In this document: positions 54,053 through 63,455 of the stretch, in pieces
Position numbering within the stretch: the first letter of the stretch is position 1
How the letters are laid out: each line of letters begins with the position of its first letter
Source of the DNA: Bdellovibrionota bacterium
GTDB taxonomy: Bacteria > Bdellovibrionota_C > UBA2361 > CALJRW01
Reading direction: 5' to 3'
DNA: 64,000 nt
Assembly (NCBI GenBank): GCA_041740355.1
Contig: JBGSMD010000011.1
Coordinates: 32,001 to 96,000 of the forward strand
Program-made: the position numbers and the translations under genes
Notes under the pieces: generated by a model
Databases searched by the model: none
Told to the model about the DNA's origin: nothing
What the model saw: the letters and a program-made list of their open reading frames with translations, nothing else

Positions 54053-54355
54053 TTACGCTTCTAAAACGCCATAAACATCATCTTCTTTCATGATCAATAA
54101 TTCTTGACCATCGATTTTGATTTCATTTCCAGAATATTTTCCAAAAATTACTGTATCACCAACTTTAACATCAACTGGACGAACAGAACCGTCTTCTGCA
54201 ATGCGTCCTTTGCCAATTGCAACTACTTCGCCTTTTTGTGGTTTTTCCTGAGCAGAATCAGGGATGTATAAACCAGATTCAGTTTGTGCACTGCTATCAA
54301 GTCGTTTAACTAGGATACGTTCGCCTAATGGACGAATCTTTCCGTTTTTGCTCAT
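54053..54355 (-). CDS. groS: Co-chaperonin GroES
   Basis: IRPLGERILV, SGLYIPDSAQEKPQ, VKVGD. Confidence 0.99.
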   Translation of the reverse strand: MSKNGKIRPLGERILVKRLDSSAQTESGLYIPDSAQEKPQKGEVVAIGKGRIAEDGSVRPVDVKVGDTVIFGKYSGNEIKIDGQELLIMKEDDVYGVLEA

Positions 54356-54483
54356 TTTTATCTCCTAATAAATGTTTTAACAAAAAAATGAATTCCAAAA
54401 GTTCTATGATATAGAACAATTCACTCAATTAAATTTGAGTCTTTCAGTCGATGATGGATATCATCTAAATATCGACCCCCGTA

Positions 54484-54513
54484 TTAATGGACATGATTAA
54501 AGCAAAATTCAAG
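54484..54513 (-). promoter_or_regulatory. Possible sigma32-like heat-shock promoter of groESL
   Basis: Minus strand CTTGAA-N15-GTCCATTA, against the consensus CTTGAA-N13-17-CCCCATNT. Confidence 0.4.
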
Positions 54514-54984
54514 GTTTTAAGATAATTTTTTTCCTGATTGTTGTCATAAAAGTTCAGATAATGATTATAATTCGTTTAAAATCAGCCTAAGTACTATAAT
54601 TTCTTGTAACTTTTTGAATAGCCAGAGGTATGTAATTGAAAAATTAAAATTTTCAGGTTTTTCCAAACTCTTTATTCCAATTTATAAATGACAAAATTTA
54701 AAGTCAGTTTTTTGCTAAATTTAGCAAGATTGTTTAATATATTTCTTCTGTAGTGGTTTGGCAGTTAATAAGTTAAAAGTTAATACTATTTGTGTTGTCT
54801 TTGCCGTGCGAAATTGGTGCCCCAATATTCACACTCTCTGTAAAGTGTTATTAATCCTGCAATTCTTGATGAACTTTACTCTAGAACTGCTTCAGCAATT
54901 TCTAAGTTCTTAAGTCAGTAGAGGATTAAACAAGCAATCTCTATTAATAAACCAGCATAAGATTTAATATATTTAACAAGCTCT

Positions 54985-56148
54985 GTGGCAAATAAAAGTC
55001 CAAATAATTTCAATTATTCATTACGTAACGATCTGATTCAACAAATAATCGCTGAAGGTTTGGGGCAGGGTGTCTTTCCAGGTTGCTGCTTGTCGGTCGG
55101 TTCTCGTGGTCAAACACTTTTTCATAATGCTTACGGTAACTTTTTCCCAGAATCTGAAACTGAGAAAAATCCCACTGTTACAACTGATACAGTTTATGAT
55201 TTGGGAACATTAAGTTCTGTAATTGGAACTGTAACTACGATTTGGTCTTTAATTAATCAAAATTTTCTAAGCTTTGAAGATCAGGTTATTCGATTCCAAC
55301 AAAGTTTTTCTGTACATGGCAAAGCCTCGATCACCGTGGGAGATCTTTTATACCATCTTTCTGGTCTTGCCTCCGAGCAAAATTATCATGAGGAAATTAG
55401 TAAGGATAGTCTTAATAAGTCTCTCGGACTAATGACAAGTCCTGGTGCCAAGGAATATGTTTACAATCGTATTAATCGGGCTCGCCTTAGATCAAAGCCA
55501 CATGAGGTGCAAAGATTTAGTTCTGTTGGTTTTATTCTTCTTGGGAGGATTATTGAGAATCTTACCGGTAAAAGTTTAGATGATTCCGTAACTGAGCATG
55601 TATTCAAACCGCTTAAGTTAAATTCTACCGGCTATATTAACTTAAATCGTTTAAAAACTGGGATTCGAACTGATTTGGATATGGTTGCTCCAACAGAGGA
55701 TTGCACTTGGAGAAAGAAACAGCTTTGGGGGGAAGTACAAGATGATGTTGCTTGGACTATGGGTGGTGTAGCAGGGCATGCAGGTATTTTTTCGACACTT
55801 GAGGATTTAAGTTTGTTTTGTGAAGCAATTCTTTCTGCTTATCGGGGAAATTCGGAAGTAATTAAACCTGAAATATTAAGACAAGCTTGGAACTTAGATG
55901 CTTCTAACCAAGGATTAAGGTACGTTGGTGGCTGGGAAAAGGCACATAAGGAAAACCAATTATTAAATTGTGGTTTTAGCGAACAAGCATTTGGGTTTTG
56001 TTCTAATAGTGGTTGTTTGATTTGGATTGATCCAGAAGTTGATTTGCACATCGTTTTCCTTTCTAATGCTCTATGTCCAAGTCGTAACAATAAACGAATC
56101 ATGAATTTTATGCCGCAATTGCTTAAAGCCATTCGTGAGAGTTTTTAA
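54985..56148 (+). CDS. Beta-lactamase/serine hydrolase family protein lacking the SxxK motif
   Basis: TVYDLGTLSS (normally D(L)ASxTK), LLYHLSGL, GFILLGRIIE, GEVQD, GGVAGHAGIFS. Confidence 0.85.
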   Translation: MANKSPNNFNYSLRNDLIQQIIAEGLGQGVFPGCCLSVGSRGQTLFHNAYGNFFPESETEKNPTVTTDTVYDLGTLSSVIGTVTTIWSLINQNFLSFEDQVIRFQQSFSVHGKASITVGDLLYHLSGLASEQNYHEEISKDSLNKSLGLMTSPGAKEYVYNRINRARLRSKPHEVQRFSSVGFILLGRIIENLTGKSLDDSVTEHVFKPLKLNSTGYINLNRLKTGIRTDLDMVAPTEDCTWRKKQLWGEVQDDVAWTMGGVAGHAGIFSTLEDLSLFCEAILSAYRGNSEVIKPEILRQAWNLDASNQGLRYVGGWEKAHKENQLLNCGFSEQAFGFCSNSGCLIWIDPEVDLHIVFLSNALCPSRNNKRIMNFMPQLLKAIRESF

Positions 56149-56316
56149 AGACTAAGCCGGTAAACCCTCTGCTCGTTATTTTTGAAAATATCAAAGATAA
56201 CCAAGGAGGGTTTTATGTTGTTTTCTACGGCAAAAATGGCATAGCCATTATTTTGCTCGCCCAACGTCATTTATTTTTTATTAAAAAATGACGTTGGGTT
56301 TATTTGAGTTATACAG

Positions 56317-57387
56317 ATGTTAGATAAATTAGCAGAACTAGAAAGAAAATTTGAAAGTATCACCGAGAAACTTTATTCTCCAGAAGTTGGATCACAACCA
56401 GACTTACTTAGAAAATATTCCAAAGAACAAAAAGATCTTAAGCCCCTGATTGAAACTTTTCGTACTTATAAAGCTGCTGTAAGTGAATTAAAAGACATCA
56501 AAGAATTATTAAATACTAGCAAGGATGCTGATATTATTGAAATGGCTAAGGAGGAATTAAATCCTCTGGAAAGTACAGTGGCGGACTTGGCGGAGCAACT
56601 AAGGGTTTTATTGATTCCTAAAGATCCCAATGATGATAAAAACATTATTTTAGAAATTCGCGCTGGTGCAGGTGGAGATGAGTCGGGGATTTTTAGTGGG
56701 GATCTTTTTAAAATGTATACCCGCTACGCAGAAGCTCGTGGTTGGAAAGTGGAACCATTATCTCTTAGTCAAGCTTCGGCGGGGGGATTCAAAGAAGTTA
56801 TAGCCATGATTAGTGGAGAAGGGGCTTATAGCCGTTTTAAATTTGAACGTGGTGTACACCGTGTTCAACGTGTTCCAGAAACAGAAACTCAAGGCCGAAT
56901 TCATACTTCCACTGTAACTGTTGCAATTCTTCCCGAAGCCGAGGACGTAGAAATTGAAATTAATCAAAATGATTTAAGAATTGATGTTTATCGTGCTGGT
57001 GGCCACGGTGGTCAGAGCGTTAATACAACTGACTCAGCTGTTAGGATTACACACTTACCAACAAATACAGTTGTTTGTATGCAGGATGAAAAATCTCAGT
57101 TGAAAAATAAAGAGAAGGGGATGAAAATTCTTAAATCCCGACTACTCGAAGCTAAAGAAGCTGCAGCTCATGCCGAGCGTACTGCGGATCGTCGTTCACA
57201 AGTTGGAACGGGAGATCGTTCCGAGAAGATTCGAACTTACAATTATCCCCAATCAAGAATTACCGATCACCGAATTGGACTTTCTATCCACAGTATCGAT
57301 CAAGTAATGAATGGTGACTTAGATCAGCTTGTCGATCCACTTAACTCGCATTTCCAAGCAGAAGCACTAAAGAATAATGAGAATTAA
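56317..57387 (+). CDS. prfA: Peptide chain release factor 1
   Basis: GVHRVQRVPETE (PxT), GGQ motif; prmC downstream. Confidence 0.98.
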   Translation: MLDKLAELERKFESITEKLYSPEVGSQPDLLRKYSKEQKDLKPLIETFRTYKAAVSELKDIKELLNTSKDADIIEMAKEELNPLESTVADLAEQLRVLLIPKDPNDDKNIILEIRAGAGGDESGIFSGDLFKMYTRYAEARGWKVEPLSLSQASAGGFKEVIAMISGEGAYSRFKFERGVHRVQRVPETETQGRIHTSTVTVAILPEAEDVEIEINQNDLRIDVYRAGGHGGQSVNTTDSAVRITHLPTNTVVCMQDEKSQLKNKEKGMKILKSRLLEAKEAAAHAERTADRRSQVGTGDRSEKIRTYNYPQSRITDHRIGLSIHSIDQVMNGDLDQLVDPLNSHFQAEALKNNEN

Positions 57388-57531
57388 TTATTAACTTATG
57401 ACCGAAGGTCATAAGTTAATAATTATCACGCCGTAGCTTTCTTGTCCGTTGTAGCTTTAGCGAAGGTGGAAGCGAAGGCGGATTACTTGGGAGAAGAAAG
57501 TCAAAGACCGAAGGTCATAAGATAATAATTA
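57385..57531 (+). repeat. Stop-codon-associated hairpin element at the prfA 3' end, with a nested 30-bp insert
   Basis: 19-bp perfect IR with GAA loop (57385-57425), TCACGCCGTAGCTTT[57441-57470]AGCGAAGGCGGATT, partial hairpin repeat at 57506-57531. Confidence 0.85.
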
Positions 57532-57600
57532 ATAATTAAATAGTTATTACCCAATAGAACTCAAAAATGTTATTATAAACTAAGCCATCAATGATAAGTA

Positions 57601-58023
57601 ATGCCTAAACTGACTAATAATACAGATATTTCCCAAAAAATCGTCCTGATAGATGGAGTTTGTAATCTTTGTGTTGCAGTAGTTCACTTCATTCTCAAGA
57701 ACGAAAAAAATCACGATATTAAATTTGCAAGTATTCAAGATTCTATTGGTGCAAAATCAATGCAAAAGTACGGATTAGCTAAAGATGATTTATCCTCCGT
57801 TGTCCTAATTAAGAATAATCAAATCTATCAATACTCTGATGCCGCATTAGAAATTAGCAAAGACTTGAAGGCACCTTGGTCATTACTTAGTTATTTTAGA
57901 TTTCTCCCTAAGCCTATTCGTGATTTTTTCTATAACATCATAGCTACAAACAGATATAAAATTTTCGGCAAAAAAGACTCCTGCTTTATGCCAACTGCAG
58001 AATTAAAGAAAAGATTTCTCTAA
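57601..58023 (+). CDS. DCC1/YuxK-like thiol-disulfide oxidoreductase
   Basis: DGVCNLC, FASIQ, IRDFFYNIIATNRYKIFGK. Confidence 0.92.
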   Translation: MPKLTNNTDISQKIVLIDGVCNLCVAVVHFILKNEKNHDIKFASIQDSIGAKSMQKYGLAKDDLSSVVLIKNNQIYQYSDAALEISKDLKAPWSLLSYFRFLPKPIRDFFYNIIATNRYKIFGKKDSCFMPTAELKKRFL

Positions 58024-58874
58024 TGAATTCCTTAGAAGTAATTAATCAGACCAATAAGTCGCTGATACTATCCACTACTCCTAGGCTTGATGTCGAGATC
58101 TTATTAGCTCATGTATTAGGATTGACGCGCAGTCAATTATTAATAGATAGCCGTAGAGAGATTACAGCCGACGAATATAATAGTTTCATGGCTCTTGTTA
58201 CCAAACGAAAAGAGGGGATTCCAGTCGCATATCTCCTAGGTAATAAAGAGTTTTGGGGTTTAGAATTTAAAGTTAGTCCTGCGGTACTAGTGCCACGACC
58301 CGAAACGGAACATTTGATTGAACGGGCACTTGAGATTATTGAAGAAAATAATTTATCGCCTGTTAAAATTTTAGAACTAGGTACTGGGTCAGGTTGTATA
58401 GCGATAAGCCTTGCCTATGAATTGCATAAATCCCAAATTGAATTTGAGATTTTGGCTGTAGATTTTTCAAAAGATGCATTGCTTATCGCTGAAGAAAATT
58501 ATCAAAATCTAATTCCCACTTTGCCTGTGAATTTTATTTATTCCAATTGGTTTCAGAATATTAAACAACAAAAATTTGATTTGATTATTAGCAATCCACC
58601 TTATGTTAATGTTGACTTGCCTGACCTTTCTCCAGAGTTAAAATATGAGCCTGCTACTGCTCTCTTTTCTTCTGACTTAGGACTTACTGATATTTTTAAA
58701 ATTATTACAGAGAGCCGAAATTATTTGAATAGTTCTGGGCAACTTTTAATAGAATTTGGTTCAGAGCAGCGATCTTTAGTTCAAGAACGCTTCAAACAAT
58801 TATATCAAGATGCCCAGATTAATTTTATTCCTGATTTAGCAGGTAAAGATCGTATAATTGAAATCAAATTCTAA
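58023..58874 (+). CDS. prmC: Release factor glutamine methyltransferase
   Basis: PVAYLLG, VLVPRPETE, ELGTGSGCIA, SNPPY, DLAGKDR. Confidence 0.96.
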   Translation: MNSLEVINQTNKSLILSTTPRLDVEILLAHVLGLTRSQLLIDSRREITADEYNSFMALVTKRKEGIPVAYLLGNKEFWGLEFKVSPAVLVPRPETEHLIERALEIIEENNLSPVKILELGTGSGCIAISLAYELHKSQIEFEILAVDFSKDALLIAEENYQNLIPTLPVNFIYSNWFQNIKQQKFDLIISNPPYVNVDLPDLSPELKYEPATALFSSDLGLTDIFKIITESRNYLNSSGQLLIEFGSEQRSLVQERFKQLYQDAQINFIPDLAGKDRIIEIKF

Positions 58875-58979
58875 ACTTCTCCAATAATAATTACTGTAAG
58901 TAGATCGCAAGAGTCCTTTTTCTTTAAATAAAATATCAGAACAAAACCTGTTTGCAGACCTCCTATGAATGTAATTTAA

Positions 58980-59477
58980 TTAGAAAGAAACTTTTGCGTT
59001 CATCTCCTGGCTATTAAGCTTAACCTTTTCACCTGTTACTTTAGCTTTAGTAGTCTCAATTAGATACTTAATCTTCATCATTCCACTATTGTCCCAATAC
59101 TCGCCAGAGTTTGCTGTGAATCGTATTAGCGTAGCCTCCGGATCTTCCATTCCATCTTCGAACCAGACATCGTATGCCGATTTCCAGATTGACTTAAGCT
59201 TACTAAGATTATTAACTTCCTCAGCTTGTCCATTTAATGTTAGGGAAGTTGTGAATCCATTCTGGGCAGTGATTAAAGCTTCGTCCGAAACATCAAGTAC
59301 TTTAATTTGTTCACTTCTTTTATTAGTTATAAACCAAATATCATCGTCCTCATCAATTTCAGCAACTGCCATGGGTCTGGAATAGAATCCGTCGCTTTGA
59401 TCATGAGTAGTTAACATACAAACTTTAAATTCATGCAAAATTTCGAATAATTTCTTTTCTTTTTCTTGATTATCCAT
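58980..59477 (-). CDS. General stress protein 26 / pyridoxamine 5'-phosphate oxidase-like protein
   Basis: CMLTT, SRPM, IWF, WF.DG..DP, EYWD. Confidence 0.88.
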   Translation of the reverse strand: MDNQEKEKKLFEILHEFKVCMLTTHDQSDGFYSRPMAVAEIDEDDDIWFITNKRSEQIKVLDVSDEALITAQNGFTTSLTLNGQAEEVNNLSKLKSIWKSAYDVWFEDGMEDPEATLIRFTANSGEYWDNSGMMKIKYLIETTKAKVTGEKVKLNSQEMNAKVSF

Positions 59478-59513
59478 TTTTTATAATATTTGAAAACAAA
59501 ATTGAATTTTAAA

Positions 59514-60077
59514 CTATCTTTCCAGTAATTGTTTCTTGTGTTTACCTTCCGAAAATTCTTCAATCATCTTAGCTACAAAAGCATTCAGATCTTGAGGAGT
59601 TCTGCTTGTGACCAATCCAGCATCACAGACCACTTCCTGATCTATCCATTTTGCACCAGCATTTTCCAAATCTTTTCTAATGCTTATGAATGAAGTCATC
59701 GTTCGGTGTTTAACAACTTCAGCATCAATTAGAATTTGAGGTCCATGGCAAATTGCGGCAACAGGTTTATGTTCTGCAAAGAAAGCACGCACAAATTTAA
59801 CAGCTTCCTCATTACGTCGAAGTAAGTCAGGGTTAATTACTCCACCAGGTAAAAGGAGGGCATCATATTCAGAAGTTGTTGTTGAAGAAAGAGTCTGGTC
59901 AACTTTATAAGTTTTCCCCCAGCTGCCATTAACCCAAGATTTAATATCACCAATTTCTAGCGAAACAATTTCAGTAATAGCACCTGCTTTTTCTAAAGCT
60001 TCTTGAGGTACCCTTAATTCTGACTCTTCAAATCCGTCTGTAGCTAAAATTGCTATTTTTTTGCCGTTTAAATTCAT
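59514..60077 (-). CDS. PfpI/DJ-1 family (YhbO-like) protein
   Basis: ATDGFEESE, YDALLLPGG, AAICHGP, TSRTP. Confidence 0.95.
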   Translation of the reverse strand: MNLNGKKIAILATDGFEESELRVPQEALEKAGAITEIVSLEIGDIKSWVNGSWGKTYKVDQTLSSTTTSEYDALLLPGGVINPDLLRRNEEAVKFVRAFFAEHKPVAAICHGPQILIDAEVVKHRTMTSFISIRKDLENAGAKWIDQEVVCDAGLVTSRTPQDLNAFVAKMIEEFSEGKHKKQLLER

Positions 60078-60229
60078 AGTATATTTCTCACTCTAAAATT
60101 TTCTTTTATTATAAACTTTAAGCTGTTGAGTGATATGATGAGTATCATAATCTTTTAAAAATAATTATTTTTCATTGAATCTGTAATAGGCATTTACAGT
60201 CGATTAGAGTAAATAGTAGAATAAACTTT

Positions 60230-60763
60230 ATGAAAGCAACTGAAAGAGATTTATTACAAATTGCCTATCTGCATAAAAAATTAGGTATTCCCGAAGATTA
60301 TGCGGACTCCAGATTATTAGTGGCCTTCAGTGAATCTACGGAATTAGTCAAAGTTGAAAATGATTTAGATCCGCGATGTTTTTATTTGGCACCTGACGCT
60401 AAGATTGCACTAAGCCATATGCAAGAAGCTGCGCACCATGAAAAAATTGATCTTCAAGTTTATTCAGGATTTAGATCTTATGAATATCAAAAAAGATTGA
60501 TTGAAGATCGCGTTCTAAATGGCGAATCAATTGAGCGAGTCTTAAGTTATTTAGCTGCCCCTGGTTTTTCGGAGCACCATACTGGATTAGCGATTGATTT
60601 AACAACTAGTGGTTGCACAGCTGGCTGTGAAGAGTTCGAAGCAACAGAAGCATTTAGATGGTTAAAAGCAAATTCCGACAAATATAACTTCAAAATGACT
60701 TATCCTAGAAATAATCCTTGGGGATTTGTGTATGAGCCGTGGCATTGGGCTTATCAAAATTAA
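60230..60763 (+). CDS. M15B D-alanyl-D-alanine carboxypeptidase (VanY-like)
   Basis: SGFRSY, APGFSEHHTGLAID, YEPWHW. Confidence 0.92.
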   Translation: MKATERDLLQIAYLHKKLGIPEDYADSRLLVAFSESTELVKVENDLDPRCFYLAPDAKIALSHMQEAAHHEKIDLQVYSGFRSYEYQKRLIEDRVLNGESIERVLSYLAAPGFSEHHTGLAIDLTTSGCTAGCEEFEATEAFRWLKANSDKYNFKMTYPRNNPWGFVYEPWHWAYQN

Positions 60764-60962
60764 TTGCTTAACTTTTGATGTTTATAGAAATAAATATAGA
60801 TGTACAGTATTCACTGTAAAATAAGTATACATGTGTTTTTAATTCATTTTGTTTTAGATCGCCGCTCAAATCTTGAACGATAGTCGATCATGTCCTCTTT
60901 CATGAAGCTAAATTTTTAAGTTATAAGTCAGAATGCTGGGCGAAACAAAAGGGTAGAATAAA

Positions 60963-61634
60963 TTATAATTCCTCGTCCCGAATGTGATTTATTCCAAGTT
61001 GCCTTATATTTTCTACTTCAATATCAAACTCGGTAGTAAAATTTTGAATGAGAATGCCGAATTGTGGTCTTAGGATACGAATCATTTGCTGATGAATATT
61101 AGCTTTTAGTTCTATCCAATCAACTTTCCTCTCCTGTATAACTTTCATTGCAGATTTTGTTGGAAATTTATCGATGTTACAGAAATCAAATTTACCAGTT
61201 GGTAAAAAGGAAAGTGAATCTAAGATTGTTAAATCAGCTTGATAAGCATCAAATTGTTCATCTATTTGAGGAGCAAGATCTACTCCAACTGGGATCGCCC
61301 CAAGTTCTAAAAGTAACCTTGGCATCCATGGGTCAAAAGCATTTTTAGTTTTATTTTCATAGACTCTAGAACCACAGGCTAAATCAAGTGTTAGCTTTCC
61401 ACGTAGATCTGTGAGATTAGGATAAACAGATTTCAGCAAATTTAAATGTCGTAAAATTGAACTCTGACATTCATACGCATTAGACTCTTCTAACAGAGGA
61501 TAATACTTTTTCATTAATTGAAATGCGAGATCACAATCTACCTTATCTATAAGTGGTAGTTTCATGTCTGGTAAAGTTGGTAATGTTCCAGTCGTTGTTA
61601 AATCAATTTTATGAGTTTGACCTGTGGGATTCAT
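60963..61634 (-). CDS. Class I SAM-dependent methyltransferase-like protein
   Basis: LDLACGS, VGVDL, ADL, FD, RILRP. Confidence 0.65.
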   Translation of the reverse strand: MNPTGQTHKIDLTTTGTLPTLPDMKLPLIDKVDCDLAFQLMKKYYPLLEESNAYECQSSILRHLNLLKSVYPNLTDLRGKLTLDLACGSRVYENKTKNAFDPWMPRLLLELGAIPVGVDLAPQIDEQFDAYQADLTILDSLSFLPTGKFDFCNIDKFPTKSAMKVIQERKVDWIELKANIHQQMIRILRPQFGILIQNFTTEFDIEVENIRQLGINHIRDEEL

Positions 61635-61772
61635 TTTTTGTTAGCTAATTCACATAAGTTATGGAATTAACTAAGTAATGTGTGCTTACTTTTTATAGAC
61701 TAATTTCCGATCGGATTAACCTACCCTATAGTCTGTATTCCTTTAACAGAATGATATCGTATTAGAAGAATC

Positions 61773-62075
61773 CTATCTTAAATTTAACTTATTAATAATA
61801 TTCATCATAATCTGAAACTTTGAGCTAAGAAACTCAATTGCTGATTGCATAGCAACTGTTAAGGTTTGGTATTTATCTTGTGCTTTAGCAATATCAGCTT
61901 GATTGCCACTGGCTAGGGCATCGAAGTAGGATTTCTTGGCTGTTTCAAGGTTATTGCCAATCTTATCAAAGATTTTTCCATCTTCCGCTACACTTTGATT
62001 AATATTTTTAATTAATCCTTCTCCATTATATTGATAGTTTGTGATTTGATTTGGGCTGATTCCGGTGATTTCCAT
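61773..62075 (-). CDS. Small helical hypothetical protein
   Basis: AGGAG RBS; 100 aa; amphipathic C-terminal helix. Confidence 0.7.
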   Translation of the reverse strand: MEITGISPNQITNYQYNGEGLIKNINQSVAEDGKIFDKIGNNLETAKKSYFDALASGNQADIAKAQDKYQTLTVAMQSAIEFLSSKFQIMMNIINKLNLR

Positions 62076-62216
62076 AATTATTCTCCTTGCTCTAAATGTT
62101 TGAATTTCCTAGTTTATCGTAGAAAAATAGGTGGAGTTGTTAAGCCTTTATAGAAAAATGACTTTTTATTGATATTTTTCTATATTCACTCTGGATTTTG
62201 TTATTTCAAATTTATC

Positions 62217-63455
62217 ATGGAAAAAAGACGCGTAGTTATTACTGGTATTGGAATGGTTACCCCCTTAGGGAATTCTACTAAGGAATCTTGGGATTCTGCT
62301 GTAGCAGGGAAATCGGGGATTGCTCGGATTACGCAGTTTGACCCTTCGCCCTTTGCTGCTCAAATCGCTGGTGAAGTTAAAGGCTTTAATATCGAAGATT
62401 TCATGGATCGCAAAGATGCTAAGCGTTTAGATAGGTTTTCACAGTTAGCCATCGGAGCTTCTGATGAAGCGTGGAAAGATTCCGGATTAACTGCAGAAAC
62501 TTATCCGATGGAAAAGTTTGGTTGCATTGTTGGTTCTGGTGTCGGTGGACTTAAAACTCTGGAAGAAAACTATGAGACTTTTCGCACTTCTGGGCCACGT
62601 CGAATCTCTCCTTTTCTAATTCCAGCAATGTTAGATAACTTATCCGCCGGTCACATCGCCATTCGCTTTGGACTTAAGGGTGTGAACTTTATTACTAGTA
62701 GCGCTTGTACCTCCGCTTCTCACGCCATGGGCGAATCAGCTCGGATGATTGCTTACGGAATGCAAGAAGCAATGGTGACAGGTGGCTGCGAAAGTACTGT
62801 TACATATTTAGGTATCGGTGGTTTCGCTGCGATGAAAGCATTATCAACACGTAATGATGAGCCAGAGAAAGCTTCTCGACCATTTGATGTTGATCGCGAT
62901 GGTTTCATTATGGGTGAAGGTGCCGTGATGTTTGTGCTTGAATCTTTGGACAGTGCCAAGAAACGTGGTTCCAAGATATATGCTGAAGTTGTTGGTTATG
63001 GTGTTTCTTGTGACGCTAGCCACATTACCGCACCAAGTGGGATTGGAGCAGAAAACTGCATGAAGTATGCAATTGCTGATGCCGGACTTAACTTAACAGA
63101 TATTGATTATGTCAATGCTCACGGAACTTCAACTCCAGTTGGTGATGCACAAGAAACAAAAGCTATCAAAAATGTATTTAATGATTATGCTAAAAATGGT
63201 TTGCTTGTAAGTTCTACTAAATCGATGACTGGACACTTGCTCGGTGCTGCTGGAGCCATCGAAGCAGCGTTTTGCGCATTAATGTTAGAGAATCAAATAG
63301 TACTCCCAACAATTAACCTTGATAATCCTGATCCAGAATGTGATTTAGATTATGTTCCGCACGAAGCTCGACAAGTAAAACTTAAAAATGTTCTTTCTAA
63401 TTCTTTTGGGTTTGGTGGAACAAATGCGAGTCTTGTCCTACAGAAAATGGATTAA
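62217..63455 (+). CDS. fabF: 3-oxoacyl-ACP synthase II (likely start ATG 62217)
   Basis: RRVVITGIG, SACTS, NAHGTST, KSMTGHLLGAAG, SNSFGFGG. Confidence 0.96.
   Translation: MEKRRVVITGIGMVTPLGNSTKESWDSAVAGKSGIARITQFDPSPFAAQIAGEVKGFNIEDFMDRKDAKRLDRFSQLAIGASDEAWKDSGLTAETYPMEKFGCIVGSGVGGLKTLEENYETFRTSGPRRISPFLIPAMLDNLSAGHIAIRFGLKGVNFITSSACTSASHAMGESARMIAYGMQEAMVTGGCESTVTYLGIGGFAAMKALSTRNDEPEKASRPFDVDRDGFIMGEGAVMFVLESLDSAKKRGSKIYAEVVGYGVSCDASHITAPSGIGAENCMKYAIADAGLNLTDIDYVNAHGTSTPVGDAQETKAIKNVFNDYAKNGLLVSSTKSMTGHLLGAAGAIEAAFCALMLENQIVLPTINLDNPDPECDLDYVPHEARQVKLKNVLSNSFGFGGTNASLVLQKMD

Noticed and set aside
54420-54445. CIRCE element upstream of groES
   Set aside because: CACTC-N10-GAGT has the wrong spacing and lacks the TTAG/CTAA flanks.
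56260-56298. Inverted repeat CCCAACGTCATTT/AAATGACGTTGGG upstream of prfA
   Set aside because: Most simply a terminator of the upstream gene; it lacks the conserved element core.
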